From positions 14,517 to 78,516 of the forward strand of contig JADFYF010000002.1 of the NCBI GenBank assembly GCA_015233165.1: a stretch of 64,000 nt of DNA, given 5' to 3'. Of the stretch, positions 49,641 through 59,567 are shown one piece after another. The notes beneath the pieces are model-generated. The model ran no database searches. It had not been told where the DNA came from and saw nothing but the letters and a program-made list of their open reading frames with translations. The position numbers and the translations under genes were made by a program. Position 1 is the first letter of the stretch. Every line of letters begins with the position of its first letter. The stretch is from Candidatus Omnitrophota bacterium (GTDB lineage: Bacteria > Omnitrophota > Gorgyraeia > Zapsychrales > Fredricksoniimonadaceae).

Positions 49641-49806
49641 AAATGTTTATCTGCCGTAAGGTAGGCCTGCGAGAGAACAGGACATAATGCGCATATATTG
49701 AGTTTAGTGTCAGGGACACCCTCAATCGTTTTCTGCTTCGTCAAAATACTTTCGTGTTTGACTTCGCAGGAATTGGTTGGGGGTTATTTATTTCTAGGAG
49801 GTCTTA

Positions 49807-51834
49807 ATGAAGTATTGGGTATTGGTTCTAAGTTTGCTATTTGTGTCTAAGGTTTACGCCGACGAATTGGATTTGAATCCCATTGTCGTGACAACACCGT
49901 TTCGTTATGAAGAGGAGTTAAACAAGACGGTATCGCAGGTGAGGGTGATTACTCAACAGGACATTAAAGAATCCAATGCCAATAAGGTGATTGATGTTCT
50001 AAGAACCATCGAAGGGATTACGGTCCGTGATATTCTTGGCAACGGAACGCAAGCCGTGGTGGATATGGCTGGTTTTGGGGAACAGGGGGCGCTGAATGTG
50101 TTGGTTCTAGTCGATGGTCGTCGGGCTAACAGTGTAGATTTAAGCGGGATGGATTGGAATCAGGTCCCGTTAGACCAAGTCGAGAGGATTGAAGTTATTC
50201 AGGGAGGTTCCATCGGTGTTTTGTATGGGGACAATGCTTCTGGCGGTGCTATTAATATCATTACCAAGAAAGGAAATGGCAAAACGAAAGGAACAGTTTC
50301 CACCGAGGTGGGTAGCTATGGTTTAAACAAAGAGAAGCTATCCTTGCAGGGAGGAGGACTTGATAACAAACTGTCCTATTGGATCAGCACAGGAAGAGAT
50401 GCGGCTAATGGGTATCGTCATAACTCTTATGACAAGGACAGCGATTTTGCTTCCAAGGTCACCTATGATTTGACGGAGGATTTAAAAATTCATTTTAATT
50501 CTGGATTTCACGCATCCACCTATGGGGAATCCGGCGCTGTTTTTCAGGATAATATTGATAAAGATGGCCGAAGAGCGACTCGCAAAGCCAATGATCACGC
50601 TAATAATAAAGATTATTATTTTGTAACGGGTGTCACCCGTGATTTTCATGAACGGGGCAAGTTAGATACGGATTTTTCTTATCGGCGTACAGTCACCGAT
50701 GCGTACTCGTTGAGTTCTGGTTTATATACCCGCAGGAATCAAATCTTAACCTATGGTGTAACGCCCAAATATACGTTGGCTCATAGCGTATTCGACAAAG
50801 ATAACAAGTTGATCGCGGGCATCGACTTCTATAGAACTTTCTTTAATTCGGATAATTACGATATAGCGACGGATCAGGGTCTTGAGGATCTGACGAGGAT
50901 TCATAAAACGTCGATCGCCGGTTATGTGCAAGATGAGCTTTCTATTTTGGAACCACTAGTACTGGTCAGTGGGTATCGTTATGAAATGGCGCGCTACACC
51001 TTTAATTACCATGATAATTCCGGATATAATCCTGATATCGACGATAAACAGATTCCTAAGATGCAGACGTATAATGCGGGGCTTGTCTATACGTATGCCC
51101 CGGATTCCAACGTATTTCTTAATGCCAGTAAAACGTTTCGGTTTGTCGAGGTGGATGAGTTTACGTCTCAGGATGAGAATTTTGTGCAACAACTAAATAC
51201 CAGCTTAAAGCCTCAGTCATCCATCAATTATCAAGCAGGGATCAGGCATACCTTTTCCAAAGGTTTCAAGGGGGCTGTTTCTGTGTTTAGGATGAATGTT
51301 CATAATGAATTGTATCTCAATGCGGCGGGCGGCCCGACGGGATTCGGGGATAATGAAAACTATGGTCATACTGTTCATGAAGGACTAGAGGCCTCCTCGG
51401 AAGTTAAGGTTACCCATTGGATGAACGTGTGGGGTAACTATACCTTGACCAAGGCGTATTTTGATGGCGGATTATTTAAGAACAATGATATTCCGATGGT
51501 TCCTCGTCATAAAGCAAGTCTGGGATTGAGGTTCTTGTTACCTGGGGATTTTACGTTTAATGGGATAGGAAATTACGTGGGGCAGAGGTCTCTTCTTAAT
51601 GATCAGGCGAATCATTATTCTCGTCTGAATGGGTATCTGACCGTGGATATGAATTTATCGTGGACGCATAAGGATTGGACCATTACGTTTGGCGTGAATA
51701 ATGTGTTAGATAAGCAATATTCAGAAGTCGCCGGCGTGCTGTTAAATCCCAGTGGCAGTCATCCTATCGGAGAGAGGTTTTATTATCCATCGCCGGAAAG
51801 AAACTATAATCTAAAGGTGGATTATCGATTCTAA
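49807..51834 (+). CDS. TonB-dependent outer-membrane receptor (BtuB-like)
   Basis: Signal peptide, TonB-box-like DLNPIVVTT, plug domain, a beta-barrel with many aromatic beta-strands, and a C-terminal Phe (DYRF). Confidence 0.85.
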   Translation: MKYWVLVLSLLFVSKVYADELDLNPIVVTTPFRYEEELNKTVSQVRVITQQDIKESNANKVIDVLRTIEGITVRDILGNGTQAVVDMAGFGEQGALNVLVLVDGRRANSVDLSGMDWNQVPLDQVERIEVIQGGSIGVLYGDNASGGAINIITKKGNGKTKGTVSTEVGSYGLNKEKLSLQGGGLDNKLSYWISTGRDAANGYRHNSYDKDSDFASKVTYDLTEDLKIHFNSGFHASTYGESGAVFQDNIDKDGRRATRKANDHANNKDYYFVTGVTRDFHERGKLDTDFSYRRTVTDAYSLSSGLYTRRNQILTYGVTPKYTLAHSVFDKDNKLIAGIDFYRTFFNSDNYDIATDQGLEDLTRIHKTSIAGYVQDELSILEPLVLVSGYRYEMARYTFNYHDNSGYNPDIDDKQIPKMQTYNAGLVYTYAPDSNVFLNASKTFRFVEVDEFTSQDENFVQQLNTSLKPQSSINYQAGIRHTFSKGFKGAVSVFRMNVHNELYLNAAGGPTGFGDNENYGHTVHEGLEASSEVKVTHWMNVWGNYTLTKAYFDGGLFKNNDIPMVPRHKASLGLRFLLPGDFTFNGIGNYVGQRSLLNDQANHYSRLNGYLTVDMNLSWTHKDWTITFGVNNVLDKQYSEVAGVLLNPSGSHPIGERFYYPSPERNYNLKVDYRF

Positions 51835-51841
51835 GAGGAAG

Positions 51842-52693
51842 TTATTTGCTGATTTTCTTGAGAACAATATTCGTCGGAGAGAGTTTGTTTAGAGTATAAA
51901 AATGCAAGCCGGGGGCTCCTTTGTCAAGGAGTTCCTGGCATTGCTGGGTTGCAAATTGAATACCTGCTTTTAGAGTTTCCTCTGGATTGTCAGCCAAAGG
52001 TTTAAAGATAGCATGAACGGCCTCTGGAATAGACGCCCCGCAAACCCCACAGAATCTCACCAGCGCATTGTAATCGGTGATCGTTAAGATTCCAGGAAGC
52101 ACAGGTTTGTTAACGCCTAACTTTTTCAGACGGGACACATAATCAAAATAATCCTGATTGTTAAAGAACAGCTGGGTGATGATAAAGTCAGCGCCAGCGT
52201 CGATCTTTGCCTTTAGGTATTGAGCATCTAAGTCGCGATTAGGAGCCAGGATATGTCCTTCCGGAAAACCAGCCACCCCAATTTTGAAGTACGAACCAAA
52301 ATGCTTACGGATAAAGGCCACTAACTCACAGCTGTACTGAAAATTCTCCGGACCTGGTGTCCAATGGGGATTATCTTTAGGAGGATCTCCCCGTAAGGCC
52401 AGAACATGGCTAATCCCGCGACTTTTCATATCCTGCAGAATCGATTTTATTTCATCCTTGGTATGCAGGACACAGGTGAGGTGAGCAATCGCCGGAACAT
52501 CATGCTGGTTCTGGATATATTCGACGATATCCAACGTCTTCCCCCGACTACTGCCACCAGCGCCATAGGTGCAGGAGATAAAGCTAGGTTTTAAAGCAGA
52601 GAGCTGTTCAATAACATTGAGAAGTTTTAGATGCCCCTCTTCTGTTTTAGGAGGGAAAAGTTCAAAGGAATAACTAAAAGGTGATTTATTCAT
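51842..52693 (-). CDS. metF: 5,10-methylenetetrahydrofolate reductase
   Basis: FSFELFPPKT start and a TIM-barrel MTHFR pattern (ISCTYGAGGS, ALRGDPP). Confidence 0.85.
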   Translation of the reverse strand: MNKSPFSYSFELFPPKTEEGHLKLLNVIEQLSALKPSFISCTYGAGGSSRGKTLDIVEYIQNQHDVPAIAHLTCVLHTKDEIKSILQDMKSRGISHVLALRGDPPKDNPHWTPGPENFQYSCELVAFIRKHFGSYFKIGVAGFPEGHILAPNRDLDAQYLKAKIDAGADFIITQLFFNNQDYFDYVSRLKKLGVNKPVLPGILTITDYNALVRFCGVCGASIPEAVHAIFKPLADNPEETLKAGIQFATQQCQELLDKGAPGLHFYTLNKLSPTNIVLKKISK

Positions 52694-52760
52694 AGATGGT
52701 TAATATAGCAGATTTATTTAAAAGGAGGATGGGATTTTTTGATCACATAGAAAGTTAAAA

Positions 52761-54209
52761 TCAATGGCGTTGATAAACAGACCAGAATTTACTATGAAAC
52801 TCTTCTGTCCATGTTCTCATATCAGAGGCATTAATTTTTTCAAATCGAGAGGAGGAGACAAACATTTTACAGTCAGTTCTTAAAGGTAACTGAAGCGAAA
52901 GAACATATTTAAAAGGTTTAAGATTAAGGTTCCACCATCGATTGGCATGTTGAGGAATCGCGTAGGAAGCTTCATTGGCATTACAACACACATTTTCTTG
53001 ACGATCAAGATCTTGAAAGTCGGGGTTATTTTTGATCCACGTCCATAAACCTTGAGTATTTTGATGGTAGGTGGCTTCTCGATGAAGAGCGTAGAAACAG
53101 ACGGCTATATTTAATAAGCAAACGAATGAGACGAGAAGGATGGTTGGAGGTAATTTCAGTTGTTCAATTCTAGAGGATAGAATGATGGTTAGTATCAAGG
53201 CAAAGAATATTCCTAAGGGGCCGGCATAATAAGACGTCACATTCCAGGGCAAAAGAATCCCAAGAAAGAAGATGTAAGAAAGGGCCCCTAAAAGCAGGCC
53301 ATAACGCTCTAAAGAGGTGAATGAACAATGTTTTTTGTTTGTGGGGTTTTTTAACAAAAGCCAGATAGCAGCGATTATCCAGGGCAGATGGTTAAGGAAG
53401 TCTTTTTTAAACCAAGTTGATAAATTTGAGATGATTGCTGGAAAATTATTTAAAGAGTAAGTGCTAGTATAACCTTTACTGACGATCAGTTTTAGAAAAA
53501 GACCATAGCAGACCCCTAAAAGTATTAGTAATAATCCACTGATTAAAGAGACTCGTTTTGAGGTTTTTCTATTTAATCCCCACCAAATACAACTACTCCC
53601 TAACGCTAGAATACCAACAAAGAAGGTTTCTTTTGCGCCTAATGCCAGAATAATTTCTAAGAAAGCTATGATGGACCATATTATTTTCTGGGAGGAGGAT
53701 AATCGATCATTTTGAAGAGAGGTGATTGTCAAGAAGCTGAGGCCTAGAAAAAGCAGTCCTGTGTTTTCTTGGGTGGTCAGAAAAAAGAACTGGTCATAAA
53801 GATAGTGAAAAGACAGCGATATAGCTGGAATTAATAAAAAGGCAATTGATCGACGGGTGATCTGGTAGGCTAATGCCCCGTAGACTAAGAACATGGCAAT
53901 AACCTGGCTCCATTTGAAGATATGAAAACCATTAGGGTTATCTGCAAATATTTTATAGAAGATTCCACAGTAAAGAGAATGAGTCCACTTTAATTCCCCG
54001 AAGGCATAGTAATCTTGGAAAATGGATAATGATCGCTGCCAGATGCTGCCTGATCGGTTTAAAAGGCCAAGATCATCCATGAGTCCCCAGGACCAGGTGG
54101 AGCTTATAAAGGAATATAGGATCATGAATAGGGGGATCATCGAGGGGAGGATCCAGAGTAAAAGAGTTCTTTTTTGTGATAGGATAGGGGTCGATATGTT
54201 TTGATTCAT
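52761..54209 (-). CDS. Polytopic membrane protein, possible GT-C-type glycosyltransferase
   Basis: 11-13 TM helices in the N-terminal two thirds and a C-terminal soluble region. No definitive motif. Confidence 0.35.
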   Translation of the reverse strand: MNQNISTPILSQKRTLLLWILPSMIPLFMILYSFISSTWSWGLMDDLGLLNRSGSIWQRSLSIFQDYYAFGELKWTHSLYCGIFYKIFADNPNGFHIFKWSQVIAMFLVYGALAYQITRRSIAFLLIPAISLSFHYLYDQFFFLTTQENTGLLFLGLSFLTITSLQNDRLSSSQKIIWSIIAFLEIILALGAKETFFVGILALGSSCIWWGLNRKTSKRVSLISGLLLILLGVCYGLFLKLIVSKGYTSTYSLNNFPAIISNLSTWFKKDFLNHLPWIIAAIWLLLKNPTNKKHCSFTSLERYGLLLGALSYIFFLGILLPWNVTSYYAGPLGIFFALILTIILSSRIEQLKLPPTILLVSFVCLLNIAVCFYALHREATYHQNTQGLWTWIKNNPDFQDLDRQENVCCNANEASYAIPQHANRWWNLNLKPFKYVLSLQLPLRTDCKMFVSSSRFEKINASDMRTWTEEFHSKFWSVYQRH

Positions 54210-54265
54210 CGAAGAGATTTTATTACGTTCTTTCTGATTGAATTATTACAGGAGATCTTTTAATA

Positions 54266-55333
54266 TTGGCTAGCTTATCAAGAGGAGAAATATTAATCAA
54301 GGAAAGGCAAGGATTTCTATTGAAGGAGAATAGCCCCGCCATCAACGTCATTCGAGGAATAGCCATTGTTTTGGTCGTGGCTGGCCATGTGATTCAACGT
54401 ACGATGAGTATTAACGGGGAAGATTTTTTTCTTAATCCTGTCTTTAAGATCATTTACACCTTTCACATGCCTCTTTTTTTCTTTATCAGTGGATTTGTGA
54501 TGGCCTTTAGTTTAAATAGGCAAACACCTTGGGAGGTTCTTAAAAAAAGATATCGAAGCCTTTGTGTCCCATTGTTGTCTTGGGGGATCTTGGGAGTTGT
54601 CGGCAGCTATTATCTTCATCTATCCTCAGATCTTTCTGTTTGGTTTATCTGGTTCTTATTTACGTTATTTATATCGAGCTGTATTTTACTGTGCTCAGTC
54701 CAATTCGAAAGAAGATTAGGACTTTGGGCTTTTGGGGGGATGTACTTAATAATCTTGATTCTTCCCTATAATCATTATTTCTATCTGTATTTTATTCAAT
54801 GGTTTTATGTGTTCTATCTGGCGGGGTATTTCTTTAATCGCTATGGAATGAATGGTATTAGTCAGCGAGGAGGTTTGGGTGCTTTCTTAGTAGCATTGAT
54901 TGTATTTTCCTGGCTAAGTTCTTTGTGGACAAAGAATGATTATATTTATATCCATCAAATGAACTTCACAGCTCATAACTACGTTTTTGAGATTTTAAGA
55001 ATGGGTTACAGGTATGTCCTTGGATTTTTAGGTATCTTCATGACCTTTATGGTGGGGCATGGGATGGCCAAAAGGAAGATTGGGCTAATTTTTGGATATA
55101 TTGGTATCTTTTCTTTGGATATTTATTTAATTCAAAGGTATATTGTCGAGAGTCTTTATCCTAGTTTATTGGGTAAATTGCATTTGAATTTTGATTGTAA
55201 TGGGCCGTTGTTTCTTGGCATCTACGTTCCCTTGATGGCTATGTTTTTTGTGAGCATGTGTTTATTAATTTCTAAATTTTTAATTAGAAAGAACGAATTG
55301 TTAAACAGGTTCTTATTGGGTGGTCGAAGGTAG
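54266..55333 (+). CDS. Acyltransferase family 3 (OafA/OatA-like) membrane O-acyltransferase
   Basis: VIRGIAIVLVVAGHV and FHMPLFFFISGF, typical of the Acyl_transf_3 family. About 10 TM helices. Confidence 0.75.
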   Translation: MASLSRGEILIKERQGFLLKENSPAINVIRGIAIVLVVAGHVIQRTMSINGEDFFLNPVFKIIYTFHMPLFFFISGFVMAFSLNRQTPWEVLKKRYRSLCVPLLSWGILGVVGSYYLHLSSDLSVWFIWFLFTLFISSCILLCSVQFERRLGLWAFGGMYLIILILPYNHYFYLYFIQWFYVFYLAGYFFNRYGMNGISQRGGLGAFLVALIVFSWLSSLWTKNDYIYIHQMNFTAHNYVFEILRMGYRYVLGFLGIFMTFMVGHGMAKRKIGLIFGYIGIFSLDIYLIQRYIVESLYPSLLGKLHLNFDCNGPLFLGIYVPLMAMFFVSMCLLISKFLIRKNELLNRFLLGGRR

Positions 55334-55335
55334 TC

Positions 55336-56565
55336 ATGTTTAAAGATTATTATTATCAATTAAGAGATAAGCAATACCGTTATTTTATCCCTGAGGGAAA
55401 GAGGGTCTTAAAGGTGGATCCTTATGGTCAGCATAAGGATATCGCCCAAGGAGAGATGTTTGATTATATTGTTCTAGCCGGAACGGTGGGTACGCTCAAG
55501 GATATTCAAGCCTATTTGCAAGATCTACGTCGCTATTGCCATAAAGATACCCGTGTGATCATTGAGTATTACAGTTATCTTTGGCAGTATCTTTTAAAAT
55601 TAGGGGAGACCATAAAGATTAAGCGACCCGAAAAGATTCAAAATTGGGTGACGTGGCAGGATATTTTTAATTTTCTTCGCTTAGCCGGCTATGAGCCTAT
55701 CAAGCAAGATCGTTGCACCCTTTTTCCTTTTTATATTCCACTCATCAGTTATCTGACGAATAAATACCTCGCCAAATTGCCTATCTTTAATGCGTTAACA
55801 CTTAATCATTTCATTATTGCCAGACCCCTGTTTGAATCCCAACAGGAATATTCTTCGACGATCTTAGTGCCGTGTCGTAATGAACGCGGGAATATTGAGG
55901 CGGCCATTACAAGAACTCCTGAGTTTGGAACTCATCAGGAATTCATTTTTGTTGAAGGTCATTCTCAGGATGGCACCTATGAGGAAGTTGAAAGAATTAT
56001 TAAACTCTATCCGAATAAGGACATTAAGTTGTTTCGGCAAACAGGCAAAGGAAAAGGAGATGCCGTGCGTCTGGGGTTTGATAAGGCTCAGGGAGACATT
56101 CTTATGATTCTGGATGCGGATTTAACAGTGCCTCCGGAAGATATGCCCAAGTTTTATGAAGCGATTCGAAGCGGTAAGGGCGAGTTTATCAATGGCTGCC
56201 GTTTGGTCTATCCCATGGAAGATGAGGCGATGCGTTTATTGAATTTGATTGCCAATAAATGCTTTGGTTTATTTTTCTCGTGGCTATTGGGACAGCGTTT
56301 CAAGGACACGCTCTGTGGCACCAAGGTGATGTTTAAACATCAGTATCAGGAGCTGGTCGCTAATCGTCATTATTTTGGAGATTTTGATCCTTTTGGGGAT
56401 TTTGATTTAATTTTTGGGGCTGTGAAACTGAATTTAAAAGTGATCGAACTGCCCATCCGCTACAAGAGTCGTCAATATGGTACCACCCAAATTCAACGTT
56501 TTCGTCATGGACTACTGCTGCTTCGCATGTGTGCTTTTGCCATGAAGAAAATCAAATTCATTTGA
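55336..56565 (+). CDS. Fusion of an N-terminal domain of unknown function with a GT2 polyprenyl-phosphate sugar synthase-like domain (DPM1/ArnC/GtrB type)
   Basis: C-terminal 230 aa: ILVPCRNERGNI, LDADLT (DXD), and the membrane-return helix region typical of ArnC/GtrB. N-terminal 170 aa unassigned. Confidence 0.7.
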   Translation: MFKDYYYQLRDKQYRYFIPEGKRVLKVDPYGQHKDIAQGEMFDYIVLAGTVGTLKDIQAYLQDLRRYCHKDTRVIIEYYSYLWQYLLKLGETIKIKRPEKIQNWVTWQDIFNFLRLAGYEPIKQDRCTLFPFYIPLISYLTNKYLAKLPIFNALTLNHFIIARPLFESQQEYSSTILVPCRNERGNIEAAITRTPEFGTHQEFIFVEGHSQDGTYEEVERIIKLYPNKDIKLFRQTGKGKGDAVRLGFDKAQGDILMILDADLTVPPEDMPKFYEAIRSGKGEFINGCRLVYPMEDEAMRLLNLIANKCFGLFFSWLLGQRFKDTLCGTKVMFKHQYQELVANRHYFGDFDPFGDFDLIFGAVKLNLKVIELPIRYKSRQYGTTQIQRFRHGLLLLRMCAFAMKKIKFI

Positions 56566-57731
56566 TGAACAATAAAGCGTTTATTTCTGCGGCTATCGTT
56601 TTTCTTCTTTGTCTTCTGATCGGATTTTGGATGGCACAACATAAACCGATATGGAATGATGAATTTTATACGGCTGTTTCAAGCGTTGATGCTCGATCCT
56701 ATGCGGATCAATTCCTAGGACATATTCCTGAAGGCAATAATACTCCGTTATTTTACGCCCTGCAAAAATCGTTGTGTCAGATGATTCATTATCATATTCC
56801 CGCTGTTTGGAAGACGGGTCAGTGGGATTCCAATCGACAAGCGCAGATTATTTTAAGAGTGATCCCTGTGCTTTGCATGTCGTTATCGATAGCATTGATA
56901 TTTTTCTATTTCGCACGAGGGTATTCTTTAGGTTGGGCGATCTATTCCTTATTTGTTTTTTTATCTTCTTACATGGCCTGGGCCTATTGGGCAGAGGCCA
57001 GACCTTATCCGCTGATTGTTTTGTTGACGACGGTACAGTCGCTGTTTTTCTTAAAAATAGTGAATCAACCCAAAGGGGAGACTCAGGGATGGAAATCTTT
57101 AGCAGTGGTTCACCTCTTATTAGCCTTCACTTTTATCTTTAGTATAGGACAAATTGTCGCTGCATCGTTGATGTTATGGGTTAAGCAGCAGCGCAGCTGG
57201 AAGAAATATCTTTTCTGGACTGTTCTTCCCGTAGGTATTGCGCTTTTCTATTACAGTCATGCCCCCAGGTATCCCTTTTATTTTGGTTTAAGTCCGGAGC
57301 AGCTGATTCGTGATAATTTCTCGAGAGAACGATTTTATATTCTTTTTGTTTTTATCGTATTAGCAGCAGCCTATTGGCTTGGTGTGAAGAGATCGTGGAA
57401 GAGTTTTTTCATTAATCAGGAGATCAAGTCATCCATAACGTTTGTTTTCTTTACTGTCTTAACCTTGCTTGCAACAGCGGGAGTGTTGGGGTTATTTATG
57501 TTGCATCAGTGCCAGCCAGGGACAGGATTTCCAATTACAAGTCGCTATTTTATTTATCTTACGCCGATAGGAGTTATTGCGGCAACAGTCATGACTCGTT
57601 CGATTATTCATTCCTTATCTGGGTATCGATGGCTTCAGTGGATAATGATAGGAGCTATCGCGGTTTGGGTGATCCCAAGATTTTTCAAGATTGTTCCTAA
57701 AGCGATTCACTCCATCTTAGGGGGACAATAA
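56565..57731 (+). CDS. GT-C-fold (ArnT/PMT-like) membrane glycosyltransferase, paralogue A
   Basis: A DE motif in the first extracytoplasmic loop (WNDEFYT), about 11 TM helices, and a TGATG overlap with the upstream GT2. Confidence 0.5.
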   Translation: MNNKAFISAAIVFLLCLLIGFWMAQHKPIWNDEFYTAVSSVDARSYADQFLGHIPEGNNTPLFYALQKSLCQMIHYHIPAVWKTGQWDSNRQAQIILRVIPVLCMSLSIALIFFYFARGYSLGWAIYSLFVFLSSYMAWAYWAEARPYPLIVLLTTVQSLFFLKIVNQPKGETQGWKSLAVVHLLLAFTFIFSIGQIVAASLMLWVKQQRSWKKYLFWTVLPVGIALFYYSHAPRYPFYFGLSPEQLIRDNFSRERFYILFVFIVLAAAYWLGVKRSWKSFFINQEIKSSITFVFFTVLTLLATAGVLGLFMLHQCQPGTGFPITSRYFIYLTPIGVIAATVMTRSIIHSLSGYRWLQWIMIGAIAVWVIPRFFKIVPKAIHSILGGQ

Positions 57732-58891
57732 TGAACCTTCTACGTGTTGGAACAGGATTTGTCCTTGCTGCAGCATTGACATTAGGTCTTTGGATGGCGG
57801 CGCATAGTCCGTTAGAAAATGATGAATATTATTCTCTGACAAGAAGTGTTATGAAGACTTCTTATGCACAAATGTTTAAAGGAAGCATTAATGAGGGTAA
57901 TAATTCGCCATTGTTTTATTTCTTACAAAAACTCCAGTGTAATATTTTCTTGTACCATCCATCCCAAGCCTGGATGGAGGGTCGCTGGGAGGGGGAAGAT
58001 GTTTTTTCGCAGGTTTTCTTAAGAGTACAATCGATATTTTGGATTGCTCTGGCCTTAAGCAGCGTATTTTATTTCTTTGCCAGTCGGTATTCTTTATGGG
58101 TAGGAGCATACGCTTTAATGGTCGCGTTATCTTCATCGATGCTGTGGTGTCACTGGACGGAGGCAAGGCCCTATGCCCTATGGTTTTGTTTAAGTATGTT
58201 TCAGGTTTTGATTTTATTGGAATTGTTTCAAGAAGCCAATAATCAGGAAGAGAAGGATTGGAAATGCTTAACGGTCGTTCATTGGCTTTTGGCCTTGACA
58301 GCTACCATCAGCATTATTCAAATGGCTGTGGCAGGTATTGTCCTTGCAATTTTCCGTCAGCGTCGATGGGTGACCACTGTGATTGCGTTTGGAATACCCA
58401 TGCTTGTCTGTCTGTTTTATTATGTCATGGCGCCTAAGTATCATTTCTTCTTTAAAGAAGGCCCTTTGGATTTAGTGAATGCGAATTTTCCTAAAGATCG
58501 ATTAATGATTCTTTTTATTTTCGCCTTGGTTCTTATTTATAAGTCATTACCAATCAAGGATTGGAGGAAGCAATTAGAGCTGAGATATTTTGTTTTTGTC
58601 ACTGTGATCATATTATTTTTCGTCCTTCTTTTAATGAAAATGCAGTGGAGTACGGCGGGTATTCCAAGAGGATTTCAAGTATCTAACCGTTATTTAATCC
58701 CCTTAGCTCCTGTAGGGATTGTGGCGACTACCTTGTTTTCGATGTATTTGGTTAAAGCCTTTCAGTCTCAATGGGTGAGGGCGATTGTTGTTTTGGTTTT
58801 ATTAGGATTTTTGATGTTTCGCATTCAAAAGACGATGACGGTTTGTCAGATGCCAGACGTATTGAAATTAAGAATTTTTTCAAGCAACTAG
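57731..58891 (+). CDS. GT-C-fold (ArnT/PMT-like) membrane glycosyltransferase, paralogue B
   Basis: Clear paralogue of the previous gene. Matching blocks are NDEYYS, EGNNSPLFYFLQK and WTEARPY. TAATG overlap. Confidence 0.5.
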   Translation: MNLLRVGTGFVLAAALTLGLWMAAHSPLENDEYYSLTRSVMKTSYAQMFKGSINEGNNSPLFYFLQKLQCNIFLYHPSQAWMEGRWEGEDVFSQVFLRVQSIFWIALALSSVFYFFASRYSLWVGAYALMVALSSSMLWCHWTEARPYALWFCLSMFQVLILLELFQEANNQEEKDWKCLTVVHWLLALTATISIIQMAVAGIVLAIFRQRRWVTTVIAFGIPMLVCLFYYVMAPKYHFFFKEGPLDLVNANFPKDRLMILFIFALVLIYKSLPIKDWRKQLELRYFVFVTVIILFFVLLLMKMQWSTAGIPRGFQVSNRYLIPLAPVGIVATTLFSMYLVKAFQSQWVRAIVVLVLLGFLMFRIQKTMTVCQMPDVLKLRIFSSN

Positions 58892-58924
58892 GGTCGTGCA
58901 AATAAAACTCTGCTTTAAAACCCC

Positions 58925-58969
58925 TTGACTTAAACAGGCTTACTTTTATAATGTTCAGAAATTGAACAT
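58925..58969 (+). promoter_or_regulatory. Near-consensus sigma70 promoter (TTGACT, 16 bp spacer, TATAAT), immediately followed by the inverted repeat ATGTTCAGAAATTGAACAT, a likely operator
   Basis: Read directly. The inverted repeat ATGTTCA/TGAACAT has a 5-bp spacer and overlaps the -10 and the transcription start region. Confidence 0.5.
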
Positions 58970-58973
58970 AAAT

Positions 58974-59558
58974 ATGACGACACCTAAAGACTCCCTCAAC
59001 GAACGTGAATTTGAATTAGTCAATATCGTAGGTGCTGAATTGGCAGCCAATCAGAGAGATCTTTCCCGCCACATGAACATTTCCTTAGGAATGACCAACA
59101 TGCTCTTAAGACGTTTAGTCACTAAGGGTTATATCCGTATTAAACAACTGGATCGCCGTAAGGTTGAGTATCTTTTAACGCCTAAAGGATTCGCGGAGAA
59201 AATGCGTAAATCGATCCGTTACACGATGAAGACCATTGATTCGATCGGATTGATTCAGCAAGGCATTGTTCGATTAGTGCAGGATCTTTATAGCCAAGGT
59301 ATTCGTAAATTTTATTTATTGGGGAGTTCAGATCTAACAGTCTTAGTCGAAATGTCTTTGCGCAAAGAGCAATGGCAGGATTGTTCCTTCCTTAAGGTGG
59401 AATCTCCTTCCTTAGCCCAAGCAGACGGAGTTCTTTTGATCTGTCGTGAAGAGGCCCAGTTAAGAGTTCCTGAGGGTGTCCAGGTGGTCAATGTGGTTGA
59501 AGAATTGGCCAAAGATAATCTTGTGACTGGTAATAGTATGCCCATTGTTGCGGCGTAA
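58974..59558 (+). CDS. MarR-like winged-HTH domain protein with an uncharacterised C-terminal domain
   Basis: LSRHMNISLGMTNMLLRRLVTKGYIRIKQLDRRKVEYLLTPKG matches the MarR recognition helix/wing, including the DRR motif. A TTG at 58962 is an alternative start. Confidence 0.5.
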   Translation: MTTPKDSLNEREFELVNIVGAELAANQRDLSRHMNISLGMTNMLLRRLVTKGYIRIKQLDRRKVEYLLTPKGFAEKMRKSIRYTMKTIDSIGLIQQGIVRLVQDLYSQGIRKFYLLGSSDLTVLVEMSLRKEQWQDCSFLKVESPSLAQADGVLLICREEAQLRVPEGVQVVNVVEELAKDNLVTGNSMPIVAA

Positions 59559-59567
59559 GGAGATGAC

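Noticed and set aside
49538-49744. 68-aa - strand ORF in the leader of the TonB receptor gene
   Set aside because: It coincides with the region that carries the B12-box and riboswitch-like structure on the + strand. Riboswitch leaders commonly give spurious antisense ORFs.
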